A DNA stretch of 64,000 nucleotides, taken from positions 1,613 through 65,612 of the forward strand of contig JAZQCK010000038.1 in assembly GCA_045546255.1 (NCBI GenBank). Direction: 5' to 3'. The notes beneath the pieces are model-generated. The model was given only the letters and a program-made list of their open reading frames with translations, had not been told where the DNA came from and made no database searches. Each line of letters starts with the position of its first letter. Position 1 is the first letter of the stretch. The translations under genes and the position numbers were made by a program. Shown here piece after piece: positions 1-9,461 of this stretch. Source of the stretch: Lachnospiraceae bacterium. Lineage in GTDB: Bacteria > Bacillota > Clostridia > Lachnospirales > Lachnospiraceae.

Positions 1-1
1 T

Positions 2-790
2 GTGGACAAGAAAAAAGTCCGCGCGGTCTTATCGGAATACAAAAAACGTGGCATCACGCTCGTACGAGACGGCGGCGATCACTTCGGCGCCTCAAGCTAT
101 GCCAAAAGCATTGCAGGAGAATACGGCATTACTTATCTCACGCCCGACTTTGCATTATATAAAGAAGGAAACTACGGAAAAGTTGCAGGGATTTCCTATC
201 GCGACATCGCCGAGTACCGCGTGCTTGTTGCAAAGGCAAAAGAAAACGGTGCCGATTTTATCAAACTCATGCTGTCCGGAATATTGGACTTCGATTGCTT
301 CGGAGTTGTTTCCGAAACAGACTACACTCTTAAGCAGGAAAAGGAACTGGTCCATATCGCACATGAAGAAGGTTTTGCTGTTATGGCACATGCGAGCGGA
401 GGAGAAAAGGTCCGCCTTGCAGCCGAAGCCGGAGTCGACTCCATCGAACACGGTTATTATATGGACGAAGAGACGATGGACATACTGAAAGAAAAAGAGA
501 TTCTCTGGGTTCCGACTGCGGTCACTAGTCAGAATCTGATCGGCACCGGACGATTTGATGAAACGGAAGTAAAGAAGATTGCCGAAACTCATAAAGAAGC
601 GATTGCAAAAGCTAATGCCAAGGGAGTCCTGATCGGCTGCGGAAGCGATGCCGGAGCTTATGCCGTCCACCACGGAAGCGGCTGCCTCGAAGAGTACGCT
701 TTATTAAAAGAAGTGATCGGCGAAGATGTTGATCCGATGATACAGAAGGCGGAGCGTTTCGTGCGGCAGAAATTTTCAGCTTCCTGCTGA
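2..790 (+). CDS. amidohydrolase-superfamily metal-dependent hydrolase (5' end outside window)
   Basis: ORF is open from the window edge. HASGG...IEHG and GSDAG..HHG motifs are typical of amidohydrolase TIM barrels. Confidence 0.7.
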   Translation: MDKKKVRAVLSEYKKRGITLVRDGGDHFGASSYAKSIAGEYGITYLTPDFALYKEGNYGKVAGISYRDIAEYRVLVAKAKENGADFIKLMLSGILDFDCFGVVSETDYTLKQEKELVHIAHEEGFAVMAHASGGEKVRLAAEAGVDSIEHGYYMDEETMDILKEKEILWVPTAVTSQNLIGTGRFDETEVKKIAETHKEAIAKANAKGVLIGCGSDAGAYAVHHGSGCLEEYALLKEVIGEDVDPMIQKAERFVRQKFSASC

Positions 791-843
791 TCAACACGGA
801 AGAAAAGAACAAGCCATTCAAAGAATGACCGAAGGTTTATAAA

Positions 844-1560
844 ATGAAAAAACAAGCAGCTGACAAAAAAGAGTTTTACAAAAAACTGAATCAGAAAAAA
901 ACAGAGGATCTTATCCAATTGATTCAAGACGGCGTCTTAGAAGAAATGGATAACAACGAGATCAAAGAAGTGTTCCCGCAACTGATGGCGCTCAGGAGCC
1001 GACAGCTCATCGACCAGCTTGCCAAAAGATCTAATTATTTCCCGATGGAGATTCTTGATATTGAGCTTAAGAATCATGCGGACAAAGATTTCATGTCCTA
1101 TGTATTGGACAGATACGGAAAGAAGTTTCAATACAAAAACAATGAAAATGCAAACCGCCTCTTTGAAGTCGCCTGCGCAGCGGATTGCAAAGCTATGCTG
1201 CTCTTTCTTTTAGGGAAAGGTTTAGCAGAAGGTCAGTACCCAAGACTGATCAGCGGCTCCGATAAACTGCTCGAGGTTTTAAACGAAGTGAAGGTCAAGG
1301 CTCTCCATCCGGATACCGTTGTCACCTTCTTTGTCGAGGCAGCAATCTCTGATCAAAACGAAAAGCGCATCCAGGAGCTGATCGATTTAGGCTTTGATAT
1401 CGGAATGCTCAACTCCGAAGAGAAAAGCTGCTGCGAAGTCTTGGCGGACGGCATTCAAAACTATCCTTACGCAAAAGGGAAAAAGGGACAGACCGAGCGG
1501 ATCAAAGATGAACAAGGTCTTAAAACACTTCAACGCTTCTATGAAAGGGAGCTCAGCTGA
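844..1560 (+). CDS. hypothetical protein
   Basis: 238-aa ORF in an otherwise unoccupied interval. No motif recognised. Confidence 0.5.
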   Translation: MKKQAADKKEFYKKLNQKKTEDLIQLIQDGVLEEMDNNEIKEVFPQLMALRSRQLIDQLAKRSNYFPMEILDIELKNHADKDFMSYVLDRYGKKFQYKNNENANRLFEVACAADCKAMLLFLLGKGLAEGQYPRLISGSDKLLEVLNEVKVKALHPDTVVTFFVEAAISDQNEKRIQELIDLGFDIGMLNSEEKSCCEVLADGIQNYPYAKGKKGQTERIKDEQGLKTLQRFYERELS

Positions 1561-1675
1561 CAGATTAATTTGTTTTTATGATATAATAGTTTGGCTTTAT
1601 ACAAGAACTGCATCAGCACCAACGTGCAAAGCAGGAAGAAAAGCAAAGATAAATAAATAGTTAGAGGGAATATCA

Positions 1676-2836
1676 ATGGCAGAAAACAACAAACAGGCAG
1701 CCGACATCCGCGGAGAAGGCGAGCTGATCGTAAACCGTGAGAAAACAATCATCCGCACAAGTATCTTAGGAATTGCAGCGAACATATTTCTTGCTGCGTT
1801 CAAAGCATTCGTCGGACTTACGGCAAATTCCGTTGCGGTTATTTCTGATGCGGTGAACAACTTAAGCGATGCTCTTTCCAGCGTCATCACGATTATTGGA
1901 ACAAAGCTCGCCGGGAAAAAGCCGGATAAAAAACATCCGATGGGCTATGGCCGTATTGAATACTTAACGGCGTTGATCGTATCTGCGATCGTTCTTTATG
2001 CCGGCATCACGACCACGGTCGATTCCGTGAAAAAGATCATTCATCCGGAGGAAGTGAACTACTCTATCGTTTCGCTGATCATCTTAGGCGCAGCGATCCT
2101 GGTAAAACTCTTTCTGGGCGCCTATACAAAGAAAAAAGGAAAGTCCGTAAACTCCGGATCCCTTATCGCTTCCGGGCAGGACGCTTTCCAGGATGCGATC
2201 ATTTCGGCATCCGTTCTCATCTCTGCAGCACTTTACATGCTTTGGGGAATTAAAATCGAAGCCTATGTCGGCGCCGTCATCGGTCTGTTCATTATCAAAG
2301 CAGGAATAGAAATGATCATGGACGCGATCAATGAAATGCTTGGGAAACGCGCAGACGCAGACCTCACAAAGGCGATCAAAGGAACGATCGCAAAAGAGGA
2401 CTCTGTCCATGGTGTCTATGACCTTTTCATGACGAACTACGGTCCGGATAAAAACTATGCTTCCGCACATGTGGAAGTCGACGATAACATGACGGCAAAT
2501 GAAATCGATGCATTGACCAGAAAAATACAGTACAATGTTTATAAAGAGCATGGCGTGATCATGCAGGCAGTTGGCGTCTATTCCGTAAATACCGGAGACA
2601 CCGAGGCTGCAAGAATAAGAAAAGATATCAGGGACCGCGTGCTTGCGCACGAAGGAGTTCTTCAATTCCACGGCTTCTATCTGTTTGAAGCAGAAAAAAC
2701 GATCACTTTTGACGTGATCTTAGATTTTTCCGTCGAAGACCGGAAGGCACTTTACTGCCAGATCAAAGACGAGATTCAGGCAGCTTATCCGGACTATACG
2801 ATCCATGTTGCGTTAGATACCGATATCAGCGACTGA
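1676..2836 (+). CDS. cation diffusion facilitator (CDF) family cation efflux transporter
   Basis: Six hydrophobic segments, an LSDALSS...KKPDKKHPMGYGRIEYL signature and a C-terminal cytoplasmic domain. AGAGGG RBS before the ATG. Confidence 0.85.
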   Translation: MAENNKQAADIRGEGELIVNREKTIIRTSILGIAANIFLAAFKAFVGLTANSVAVISDAVNNLSDALSSVITIIGTKLAGKKPDKKHPMGYGRIEYLTALIVSAIVLYAGITTTVDSVKKIIHPEEVNYSIVSLIILGAAILVKLFLGAYTKKKGKSVNSGSLIASGQDAFQDAIISASVLISAALYMLWGIKIEAYVGAVIGLFIIKAGIEMIMDAINEMLGKRADADLTKAIKGTIAKEDSVHGVYDLFMTNYGPDKNYASAHVEVDDNMTANEIDALTRKIQYNVYKEHGVIMQAVGVYSVNTGDTEAARIRKDIRDRVLAHEGVLQFHGFYLFEAEKTITFDVILDFSVEDRKALYCQIKDEIQAAYPDYTIHVALDTDISD

Positions 2837-2855
2837 CCTATCGTCGCAGAGAATT

Positions 2856-4652
2856 ATGCCAACGATGATGCAGCGCAAATTTAATAGGATGTTTTTAGGC
2901 GGCACGATCGGCATCGCAGTTGTTTCCATTGCGGTCATGTCCGGCTCTTTCATTGCCGGAAGCGTGATTGGAAAAACCGCTGTATCCGCAGTCACTTTAG
3001 TCGCGCCGCTTTTATCGCTTGCTGTATTTTTTTCTTATGCAGTCTCTCAGGGCTTTCCTCTGCTTTACTCAAAAGCAATGGGGCGAATGGATAAGCAGAA
3101 GGCCGACCATATTTTTGGAACAACGCTCTTTGTTTCGATCATAATGGGTATTATCTTATTTCTCCTGTCGAATATTCTGAGCAATTTATATTTTCGCCTC
3201 TACGCCCCATCGGATGCGGTCTTGTCTCTTGCAGTCCCCTATTTGTTCTGGCTGCGCTTTGGCATTTTAATCATGCCTCTTGCCTGTGTTTTAAACAGCG
3301 CGATCTATGCAGACGGAGATGAATCGATCTATACGATTTCTATGGTGGCGCAGTTGATCGTCACCCTGGCATTTGGCATCATCCTGTCCAATACCTGGGG
3401 CATTGAAGGAATCAGTTTCAGTCTTTCCTTAGGGCTGCTCGTGGCACTCGCACTTTCATTTCTGCACTGGTTTAAAAAAAGCAACACCCTGCGGATGAAC
3501 CTTCGTTTCAACATGTCCTATTTCAGGAAATTGTTAAGATACAGTATCGGAGATGCTGCAAGCCACCTCTTCCAGGCTGTTTTCTCCTTTGTCATGAATG
3601 TCTTTATCATTGCAAATTTCGGTGAAGACTTTCTCGCTGTCAGTGCAGCGCTGTCGATCATCCATCAGGTACAAGCATTTTGTGCCGGTGTCGGCACCGG
3701 TGCCGCTCCGATCATCGGAACGTATCTTGGAGAAAAAAGCACCGCCGGCGTGAAAAGCATTTACCGGCTTGCCGAGCGGACAGCAATCGTGATGGGCATT
3801 CTCTTTACCGCCGTTGTGATTGTGCTGTCACTGTTCATCTCAAGACTTTTGGGAATCACAGATCCTCGAATTGCTCATATCGTAATCAACGGAACGCGTA
3901 TTGTGAGTCTGACCTCTGTTTTCGTCAGCCTCTTGTATTGGATGACCACCTATTACCTGATTTCAAAGCACGTCTGGCTCTGCGTCGTTGTAAACGCATT
4001 GAAAGAGGCTGTCGTGGCACTCCCAATGGCAATTCTCTTCACTTGGATCCGGAAAGATGCCCTCGGAATTTTTATCGGCATATGCCTTGTGCCGCTCCTT
4101 GTTTGGTTCGGTACATTCATTTATATTCATCTGAGGTATAAAGGACAGAATGCCAAACTGCTCCTAAAAGAACAGCCGCATAATTCTTATATATTTGCAT
4201 TGGAAATTGAGCCAAAAGACATTGTCACAAAACGTCACGAGCTGGCTGAAACATTAAAGAAAGAAGGATGTGACCGGAAAACGATTCTTCGCGCAGCATT
4301 TCTGTTTGAAGAGCTCTTTATGTTAATTCATGACAAAAACGCATCCCAGGTGCAGGGTGAGTGCTGTGTGAATGTTGGTGAAAAAATAGAGCTGATCGCA
4401 AGAGATAACGGCGTCTTTTTCGATATGACAGATCCGGATATGAAGGTGACATCTCTTCGCGCCTATCTCGTGTCATCCGCAGTCGACACGATGGCTTATC
4501 AAAGTCAGCATGTTGCTGCTTTGGCTTTTAACCGAAACCGCATTGTGATCCAGCGGACGGAACCGGATACGGCAAACCCGGAAGATCCGGACGAAGAATC
4601 TCACGAATCTGAATCATTAAAAGACGAATCATTCCCAGATGTCGAAATCTGA
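2856..4652 (+). CDS. MATE-like polytopic membrane protein with a C-terminal soluble GHKL/anti-sigma-kinase-like domain
   Basis: About 12 hydrophobic segments over 430 aa. A roughly 165-aa hydrophilic tail follows (EELFMLIHDKN...IELIARDNGVFFDMTDPD). Confidence 0.6.
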   Translation: MPTMMQRKFNRMFLGGTIGIAVVSIAVMSGSFIAGSVIGKTAVSAVTLVAPLLSLAVFFSYAVSQGFPLLYSKAMGRMDKQKADHIFGTTLFVSIIMGIILFLLSNILSNLYFRLYAPSDAVLSLAVPYLFWLRFGILIMPLACVLNSAIYADGDESIYTISMVAQLIVTLAFGIILSNTWGIEGISFSLSLGLLVALALSFLHWFKKSNTLRMNLRFNMSYFRKLLRYSIGDAASHLFQAVFSFVMNVFIIANFGEDFLAVSAALSIIHQVQAFCAGVGTGAAPIIGTYLGEKSTAGVKSIYRLAERTAIVMGILFTAVVIVLSLFISRLLGITDPRIAHIVINGTRIVSLTSVFVSLLYWMTTYYLISKHVWLCVVVNALKEAVVALPMAILFTWIRKDALGIFIGICLVPLLVWFGTFIYIHLRYKGQNAKLLLKEQPHNSYIFALEIEPKDIVTKRHELAETLKKEGCDRKTILRAAFLFEELFMLIHDKNASQVQGECCVNVGEKIELIARDNGVFFDMTDPDMKVTSLRAYLVSSAVDTMAYQSQHVAALAFNRNRIVIQRTEPDTANPEDPDEESHESESLKDESFPDVEI

Positions 4653-4928
4653 GTTCATCAGTTCGTTATATTTGGCATTCGCTCTCTGGCTTTCTTTTCT
4701 TTCACGCCAGGCCGCGATCTCTTCGCGAATCGCCAGCATTTCATCTACGACCAATTCTGCCTTTTTCGGTTTCACATTTTGAAGATAAGAGATCATCCGC
4801 TCCATCGCCTTCGGGCTCCCAAGATTCTTTACGACTTCATCTCCCAATTCTTTTGGAAAACCCAGCCTGACAACCGCCTCAACCAGACGGTCCCTCGATT
4901 TTCTCCATTCCCTTTGATAATCTTCCAT
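4629..4928 (-). CDS. hypothetical small protein
   Basis: 99-aa ORF convergent with the previous gene, with a 24-nt 3' overlap. No motif recognised. Confidence 0.5.
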   Translation of the reverse strand: MEDYQREWRKSRDRLVEAVVRLGFPKELGDEVVKNLGSPKAMERMISYLQNVKPKKAELVVDEMLAIREEIAAWRERKESQRANAKYNELMNSDFDIWE

Positions 4929-4973
4929 ACCTGCTCCTTAAGGGATCAGCCCTCTGGGTGAGGAATTTATGCG

Positions 4974-5735
4974 TTATCGCTTTCCACCCGGATATTTGAT
5001 TCCGACGACTTTAAAGATCTCTTTTTCATCAGCCTCCGGGCTGATTTTTTTCACTTGTTTTACGATCTTCTTCCAGGAATCTTCCGGTGCCTCCTGATAG
5101 CCTGCCGCTATGAAATCATAGCCCCACTTCGTCTCCGGCGTCTCGATCGCAGCGATGCTCCATCCATAGGACTGTCCTTTTTTATTGACCTTCTGACGAA
5201 ACTCACTCACGATCAAAAAGCTCTGCATCTGAAGGTCTGTCAGGATTCCGTCGAAGTTTTTCTCGCCGCCCTTTCCGAATCCGGCCTTTTGTTTTAGCTC
5301 TGCCGATAAGAGTTCAAGTCCTTTAAGTTCCTCATCGAGCTCTAAGGCAGACATGATCTTCTGCGAACGGTAGGACGCAAGCTCGTCCCCGACCAGCGCG
5401 TCAAAGTCATATCCATTTCTTCGATAGTTTGCAAAACGAGGAAACCATTTTTTCGAAACATATCCCGCTTTTTTATGAAAGAATTTGCCGTATGCGACGT
5501 TCTTGTTTTTACTTAAGATCTCGCGCCAGCTCCACGGATCTTTCTCCGGGTCTCCTGAAAACCAACCATCAACAGTTGTTCTCTCTTCCACCGAAAATCC
5601 CGGGATCTCATTGGAAAACAAAGGAAGAAAGCCGACCTTACCGATCAGCTTTAAAAGATCATCCGCTGTGTGAAGACACAGCGGATCATTCTTCCTGCAA
5701 CAATGCATATACCATTCGCCATTAATAACTTCCAT
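4974..5735 (-). CDS. AlkZ/YcaQ-related winged-helix protein (putative)
   Basis: 253-aa ORF. Overall resemblance (remembered) to proteins annotated as AlkZ-related. Last gene of a tightly packed three-gene unit. Confidence 0.45.
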   Translation of the reverse strand: MEVINGEWYMHCCRKNDPLCLHTADDLLKLIGKVGFLPLFSNEIPGFSVEERTTVDGWFSGDPEKDPWSWREILSKNKNVAYGKFFHKKAGYVSKKWFPRFANYRRNGYDFDALVGDELASYRSQKIMSALELDEELKGLELLSAELKQKAGFGKGGEKNFDGILTDLQMQSFLIVSEFRQKVNKKGQSYGWSIAAIETPETKWGYDFIAAGYQEAPEDSWKKIVKQVKKISPEADEKEIFKVVGIKYPGGKR

Positions 5736-5736
5736 A

Positions 5737-5907
5737 TCAGATCTGGTGTCTCACCACTTTGTACTCATCTCCGTCCCGCCAAAACGGGCAGCGCCCTTTC
5801 GGGTCCTGCATCAAGCGGGCGTAATCGTCCTCATCCATATCCATCGAGCAGTAGTAATCGTCAAACTCCTCGTCGTAATCATAATAAACACAAGTCTCGC
5901 AATCCAT
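5737..5907 (-). CDS. small acidic Cys-containing protein (DUF6472-like), 56 aa
   Basis: Below the ORF-track cutoff. Translated by hand as MDCETCVYYDYDEEFDDYYCSMDMDEDDYARLMQDPKGRCPFWRDGDEYKVVRHQI. AGGAG lies 8 nt upstream. The stop is 1 nt from the next start. Confidence 0.45.
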   Translation of the reverse strand: MDCETCVYYDYDEEFDDYYCSMDMDEDDYARLMQDPKGRCPFWRDGDEYKVVRHQI

Positions 5908-5925
5908 GATCCTGCTCCTAAAGCG

Positions 5926-6126
5926 TCATTCAATCACATCAAACTCAATGATGTCATCTTCTGGATCAGAAATTTTCCTACAGTGTTTATGCCACTCTGG
6001 CGCCTCCGGCAGTTCCTCTCCACGGATCATCGCCAGGATCACACGCCTGTGGATAAACAGAAATGCTGCCAGCATCGCCGCAATCACAGATGTAACGATA
6101 ATAATGATTAATTTTTTGGTACTCAT
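5926..6126 (-). CDS. small membrane-anchored protein
   Basis: 66 aa with one N-terminal TM segment. First gene of the same unit. Confidence 0.4.
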   Translation of the reverse strand: MSTKKLIIIIVTSVIAAMLAAFLFIHRRVILAMIRGEELPEAPEWHKHCRKISDPEDDIIEFDVIE

Positions 6127-6187
6127 TGTTTCATCCTCTTTTATATGAAATTATCCGGTGGATAAATTCTAAGATGTCTGATAGAAA

Positions 6188-6874
6188 TTATAATGTATTT
6201 TTTCGATTTCTTCCAGCCGCTTTTGCGATCGCGATATAGATCAGCCCAATTACCAAAAGGAAGATCAAAATCGCGACGATCCACCAGCCGCAGCCCATGA
6301 ACGGCAAGGTGTTTGTAAATCCGAAGGCGCCTGCGGGGCTGCCCCAGTTCAGGAAGAAATATGGGTAATTCACGCCGGGCGCAAACTGCCATCCGCACAC
6401 AAAGCCGATGCCGGCATAGATTGCATAAAGGATCGGCGGAATGACAACGAAAAATGCATGTCGCTTTTTAAAGTCCGCATACACACCTGTGACAAAGAAG
6501 TCTGCGATTGAGGCAAGCGGAACCACGACATGCGTTAAGATATTTTGAAGGTTCCATGCCTCCGTTCCTAAAGTCGGCGCCAGCACGAAACAAAAGACGA
6601 CGCCCGTCAGCGTAATAGAAACTGTACCCACCAGCTTAATCACATACCAGGCGGTGGAAAACTTTCCTTTGGTCAGCATGATAACTGCGCCGACTGCGCA
6701 AAGAATGGCAATCAGGAGATTGGACTGGATCGTAAAATACATAAAGACCGTCGATCCGCCCATGAAGTGCTCTTTTCCCGCAATCGCGCTGGTGATCGTT
6801 CCGACGATCGCCGATACGAAGACGATCAGCTTCAAAATCATTGATACAACTTTCCTTGCTTTTGATAATTCCAT
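6188..6874 (-). CDS. Pr6Pr (FAR-17a/AIG1-like) family membrane protein
   Basis: Multi-TM protein with the YFTIQSN signature. Confidence 0.55.
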   Translation of the reverse strand: MELSKARKVVSMILKLIVFVSAIVGTITSAIAGKEHFMGGSTVFMYFTIQSNLLIAILCAVGAVIMLTKGKFSTAWYVIKLVGTVSITLTGVVFCFVLAPTLGTEAWNLQNILTHVVVPLASIADFFVTGVYADFKKRHAFFVVIPPILYAIYAGIGFVCGWQFAPGVNYPYFFLNWGSPAGAFGFTNTLPFMGCGWWIVAILIFLLVIGLIYIAIAKAAGRNRKNTL

Positions 6875-6883
6875 AACACTCCT

Positions 6884-7312
6884 TCAAAACATTTTCCCAT
6901 TATATGGTGCGGTCGGCATCTCATCGAAATCATACTCCCGAAGTTCATCCAGGCTGAAGATATTCGTATGCGATCCCTCATGAATCATAAGGTTTGAAGA
7001 CTCTCCAAGCTGGAGCACGACCACCGGTTTTGCGGTCGCATAAGCATAGCCGCATTCCCACGCCGTACCCGAATCACTGTAGTTTCCCCAATAGACCATG
7101 ACCACGCAGTCGCACCAGTCGATGGCATTACGGTCATTCAAGAATGTTTCCCTGCTCCATTTGAGCGATCCGACATTTCCTTCCCGGACTTCATGCTCTC
7201 TTGGCGAGAACACATCAAAGCCGCGTCCCTTTAAAATATTTTCCACTTCCGTTAACACATCCGTTTCTTTGTCGTTAAAGAAAGGAGATGCAATATAAAT
7301 CTTTTTCATCAT
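6884..7312 (-). CDS. nucleoside 2-deoxyribosyltransferase
   Basis: N-terminal KIYIASPFFN motif, 142 aa, with the conserved acidic/aromatic core. Confidence 0.75.
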   Translation of the reverse strand: MMKKIYIASPFFNDKETDVLTEVENILKGRGFDVFSPREHEVREGNVGSLKWSRETFLNDRNAIDWCDCVVMVYWGNYSDSGTAWECGYAYATAKPVVVLQLGESSNLMIHEGSHTNIFSLDELREYDFDEMPTAPYNGKMF

Positions 7313-7327
7313 ACACTATCAACTCCG

Positions 7328-8104
7328 CTAAATTCTTGCAAATAAGACAGGTGTTCGATCCCCGAAAACCGGATCCAGACTCACTGCCGGCCGCTTTACT
7401 TTCCCGTCATTTTCCTTATCATAAGTTCCGGAGCTATTGAGCATCAGCTTAGTATCCTGCGAGGCGATTCCGACATGGTTGATCTCCGGATTCGTCGGAT
7501 ATTTTCGCTCGCCTTCCGAAAAGTATTCTTTGGAATTATAAAACACAATATCGCCCGGCATAAGGCACGCAGGATCTGTAAAGCAGGCGCCTGTATTCAG
7601 GTAGTGCTGTGCAAGCTGGGTAGACCTTCGCCCTACTCCGCTTTTTTGAATTTCCATCGCCAGTGTGTTTAAGTCGATTCCCATTTCCTCGGCTTTTTTG
7701 AGGTCCAGCCCTTTGGGGCCTGCAAGATAAGGCCGTCCGATCCGCTCTGCGATATTTACGAACTGCTTTGGAAGGTTTGAATAATCAAAGAGTTCCTGAT
7801 CTCCCCAGACTTCCCGCCATCTTCCGCATCCTTCAACAGTGCCTCTTCCATATGGACTGTTTTCATAAGAGATTCCGGATAGCACCAGGATCACAAAGGT
7901 CGAACAGTCAATGTTTCCGCGCATATCATGTGCTTCATCAAAAAGCTCGTAGCCGGAAAGAAAGGTCCGGCTGCCGAAAGAATAGATCAATTCATCAGCA
8001 TGTGCGAGGTAGGACTCTGCACAATCCAGAATCCCCCTCGCACGCTGCTGGTCATATTCGATTAACGGTTTTTCTGGCACACTGCCATCAATGCGATGAT
8101 CCAT
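7328..8104 (-). CDS. NlpC/P60-like (C40) cysteine hydrolase-fold protein (putative)
   Basis: DCSTFV Cys motif, GDIVFY and HVGI His motif occur in the right order. Confidence 0.45.
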   Translation of the reverse strand: MDHRIDGSVPEKPLIEYDQQRARGILDCAESYLAHADELIYSFGSRTFLSGYELFDEAHDMRGNIDCSTFVILVLSGISYENSPYGRGTVEGCGRWREVWGDQELFDYSNLPKQFVNIAERIGRPYLAGPKGLDLKKAEEMGIDLNTLAMEIQKSGVGRRSTQLAQHYLNTGACFTDPACLMPGDIVFYNSKEYFSEGERKYPTNPEINHVGIASQDTKLMLNSSGTYDKENDGKVKRPAVSLDPVFGDRTPVLFARI

Positions 8105-8132
8105 GAAAAAATTATATCATAAATCCCCTCGA

Positions 8133-8798
8133 TTATTTATGTCTCTTAGCATAGTCCTCACGGATCGGCTCGCAGCATTCCTCCATCACCATGTCGACCT
8201 CAGCGCGGCTCTTGGATCTTCTGAAACCGGAAACCATACGGGAAAGTGCACTGTAGTTGAGTTCAGTTCCTTCGCTATCGTTAACATAATTGACTGCGCG
8301 GTTTGCATTCAGTCCGAACCTTCCGGCGACTGCGATCGCATCAATATTTGCACCCAGGAAGAGAAATTCCCAGCCGTATTTTTGCTGCTCCTCTTCCACC
8401 ATCTGTTTGACCTTTTTATAATCGTATCGCTGGCTTGCGTTTTCCATTCCGTCCGTTGTGATGATGAACAAGGTCTTCTCCGGACGGTCTTCTTCGCGTG
8501 CATACTTATGGACATTTGCAATATGGTGGATCGCGCCGCCGATCGCATCCAGCAAAGCAGTGCAGCCACGGACATAATACTGCCTGTCATTCATCGGCTC
8601 GATCTTTTCAAGAGGAACTCTGTCATAAAGCACTTCGGTCTGATCATCGAACAGAACCGCCGAAACCAGTGCCTCTCCTTCTTCCTTTTTCTGCTTTTCG
8701 ATCAGGGAGTTGAATCCTCCGATCGTGTCCGCTTCAAGTCCGCTCATGGAACCGCTTCTGTCTAAGATAAAAACGACTTCTGTTAAACCTTTTTTCAT
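8133..8798 (-). CDS. vWA domain-containing protein
   Basis: MIDAS motif DRSGSMSG. Start chosen at the internal ATG (MKKGLTEV) preceded by GGAGG. The longer track ORF begins with TTG and has no RBS. Confidence 0.8.
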   Translation of the reverse strand: MKKGLTEVVFILDRSGSMSGLEADTIGGFNSLIEKQKKEEGEALVSAVLFDDQTEVLYDRVPLEKIEPMNDRQYYVRGCTALLDAIGGAIHHIANVHKYAREEDRPEKTLFIITTDGMENASQRYDYKKVKQMVEEEQQKYGWEFLFLGANIDAIAVAGRFGLNANRAVNYVNDSEGTELNYSALSRMVSGFRRSKSRAEVDMVMEECCEPIREDYAKRHK

Positions 8799-8926
8799 AA
8801 TGAACCTCCATTTCTGTTCTTTTGTTTTGTTTGTCAGTTGCCTGATTTCTTGCACGTTCTTTTTGTTTACGGGCTTATTATACGGCGCCCAATTTTTAAA
8901 ACTGTCTCCCGGCAAGCGACAAAAAA

Positions 8927-8947
8927 ATGGCCCCTTAAGAGGGCCAT
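8927..8947 (-). terminator. rho-independent terminator of the 9048-9422 gene
   Basis: ATGGCCC/GGGCCAT hairpin followed by T7 on the minus strand. Confidence 0.6.
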
Positions 8948-9047
8948 TAAAAAAAGGACATCATGCTTTTAGCAGTTGTCCTTTTCACTCATTGCATATG
9001 TAATTGTTTTTCGAGTATCAGTTGTCAGTTGCGCCTTTTCGGATGTT

Positions 9048-9422
9048 CTACAGCAGCTCTTCCAACGCCTCCACTGCATTTCGGACGCAGTCATCGCAGG
9101 AGCATAACACTTTGCCTGTTTCCACACCTTTGATTTCTTTGCAGATGGCGGAGCCGCATTTCTCCACAAAGGACCGATACAATGCAGCGGCAGTTTTCCC
9201 AAGAGGTGCTCCATCAAATTTCAGCAGCCCTAAAACGGCCTGGGCGCCGCAGAGCGCTCCGCAATTTCCTTCCATGCATCCCATGCCGCCGCCAAATCCG
9301 GCGCCGATCTTTTTGAGCGTCTCCGCAGGAAGATTCACCTCTTCCGCAAAAGCACAGAGCACTGCCTGTGCACAATTGTGTCTGTTTTTCTTTAATTCAA
9401 TCGCATACTCTTTCTTGCTCAT
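9048..9422 (-). CDS. C_GCAxxG_C_C family redox-active protein
   Basis: NCAQAVLCAF and CGALCGA motifs. Confidence 0.8.
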   Translation of the reverse strand: MSKKEYAIELKKNRHNCAQAVLCAFAEEVNLPAETLKKIGAGFGGGMGCMEGNCGALCGAQAVLGLLKFDGAPLGKTAAALYRSFVEKCGSAICKEIKGVETGKVLCSCDDCVRNAVEALEELL

Positions 9423-9461
9423 GCTTGTTCTCCATTTCTCGTGTTTACACTATCGTATGAT

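Noticed and set aside
8103-8765. 220-aa plus-strand ORF, with similar long antisense ORFs at 14092-14778, 30488-31231, 42089-42769, 17731-18312 and 2084-2671.
   Set aside because: These are shadow ORFs opposite well-supported genes (vWA, NifX-FKBP, LysR, DUF2804, araA, CDF). They have no RBS and no recognisable motifs.
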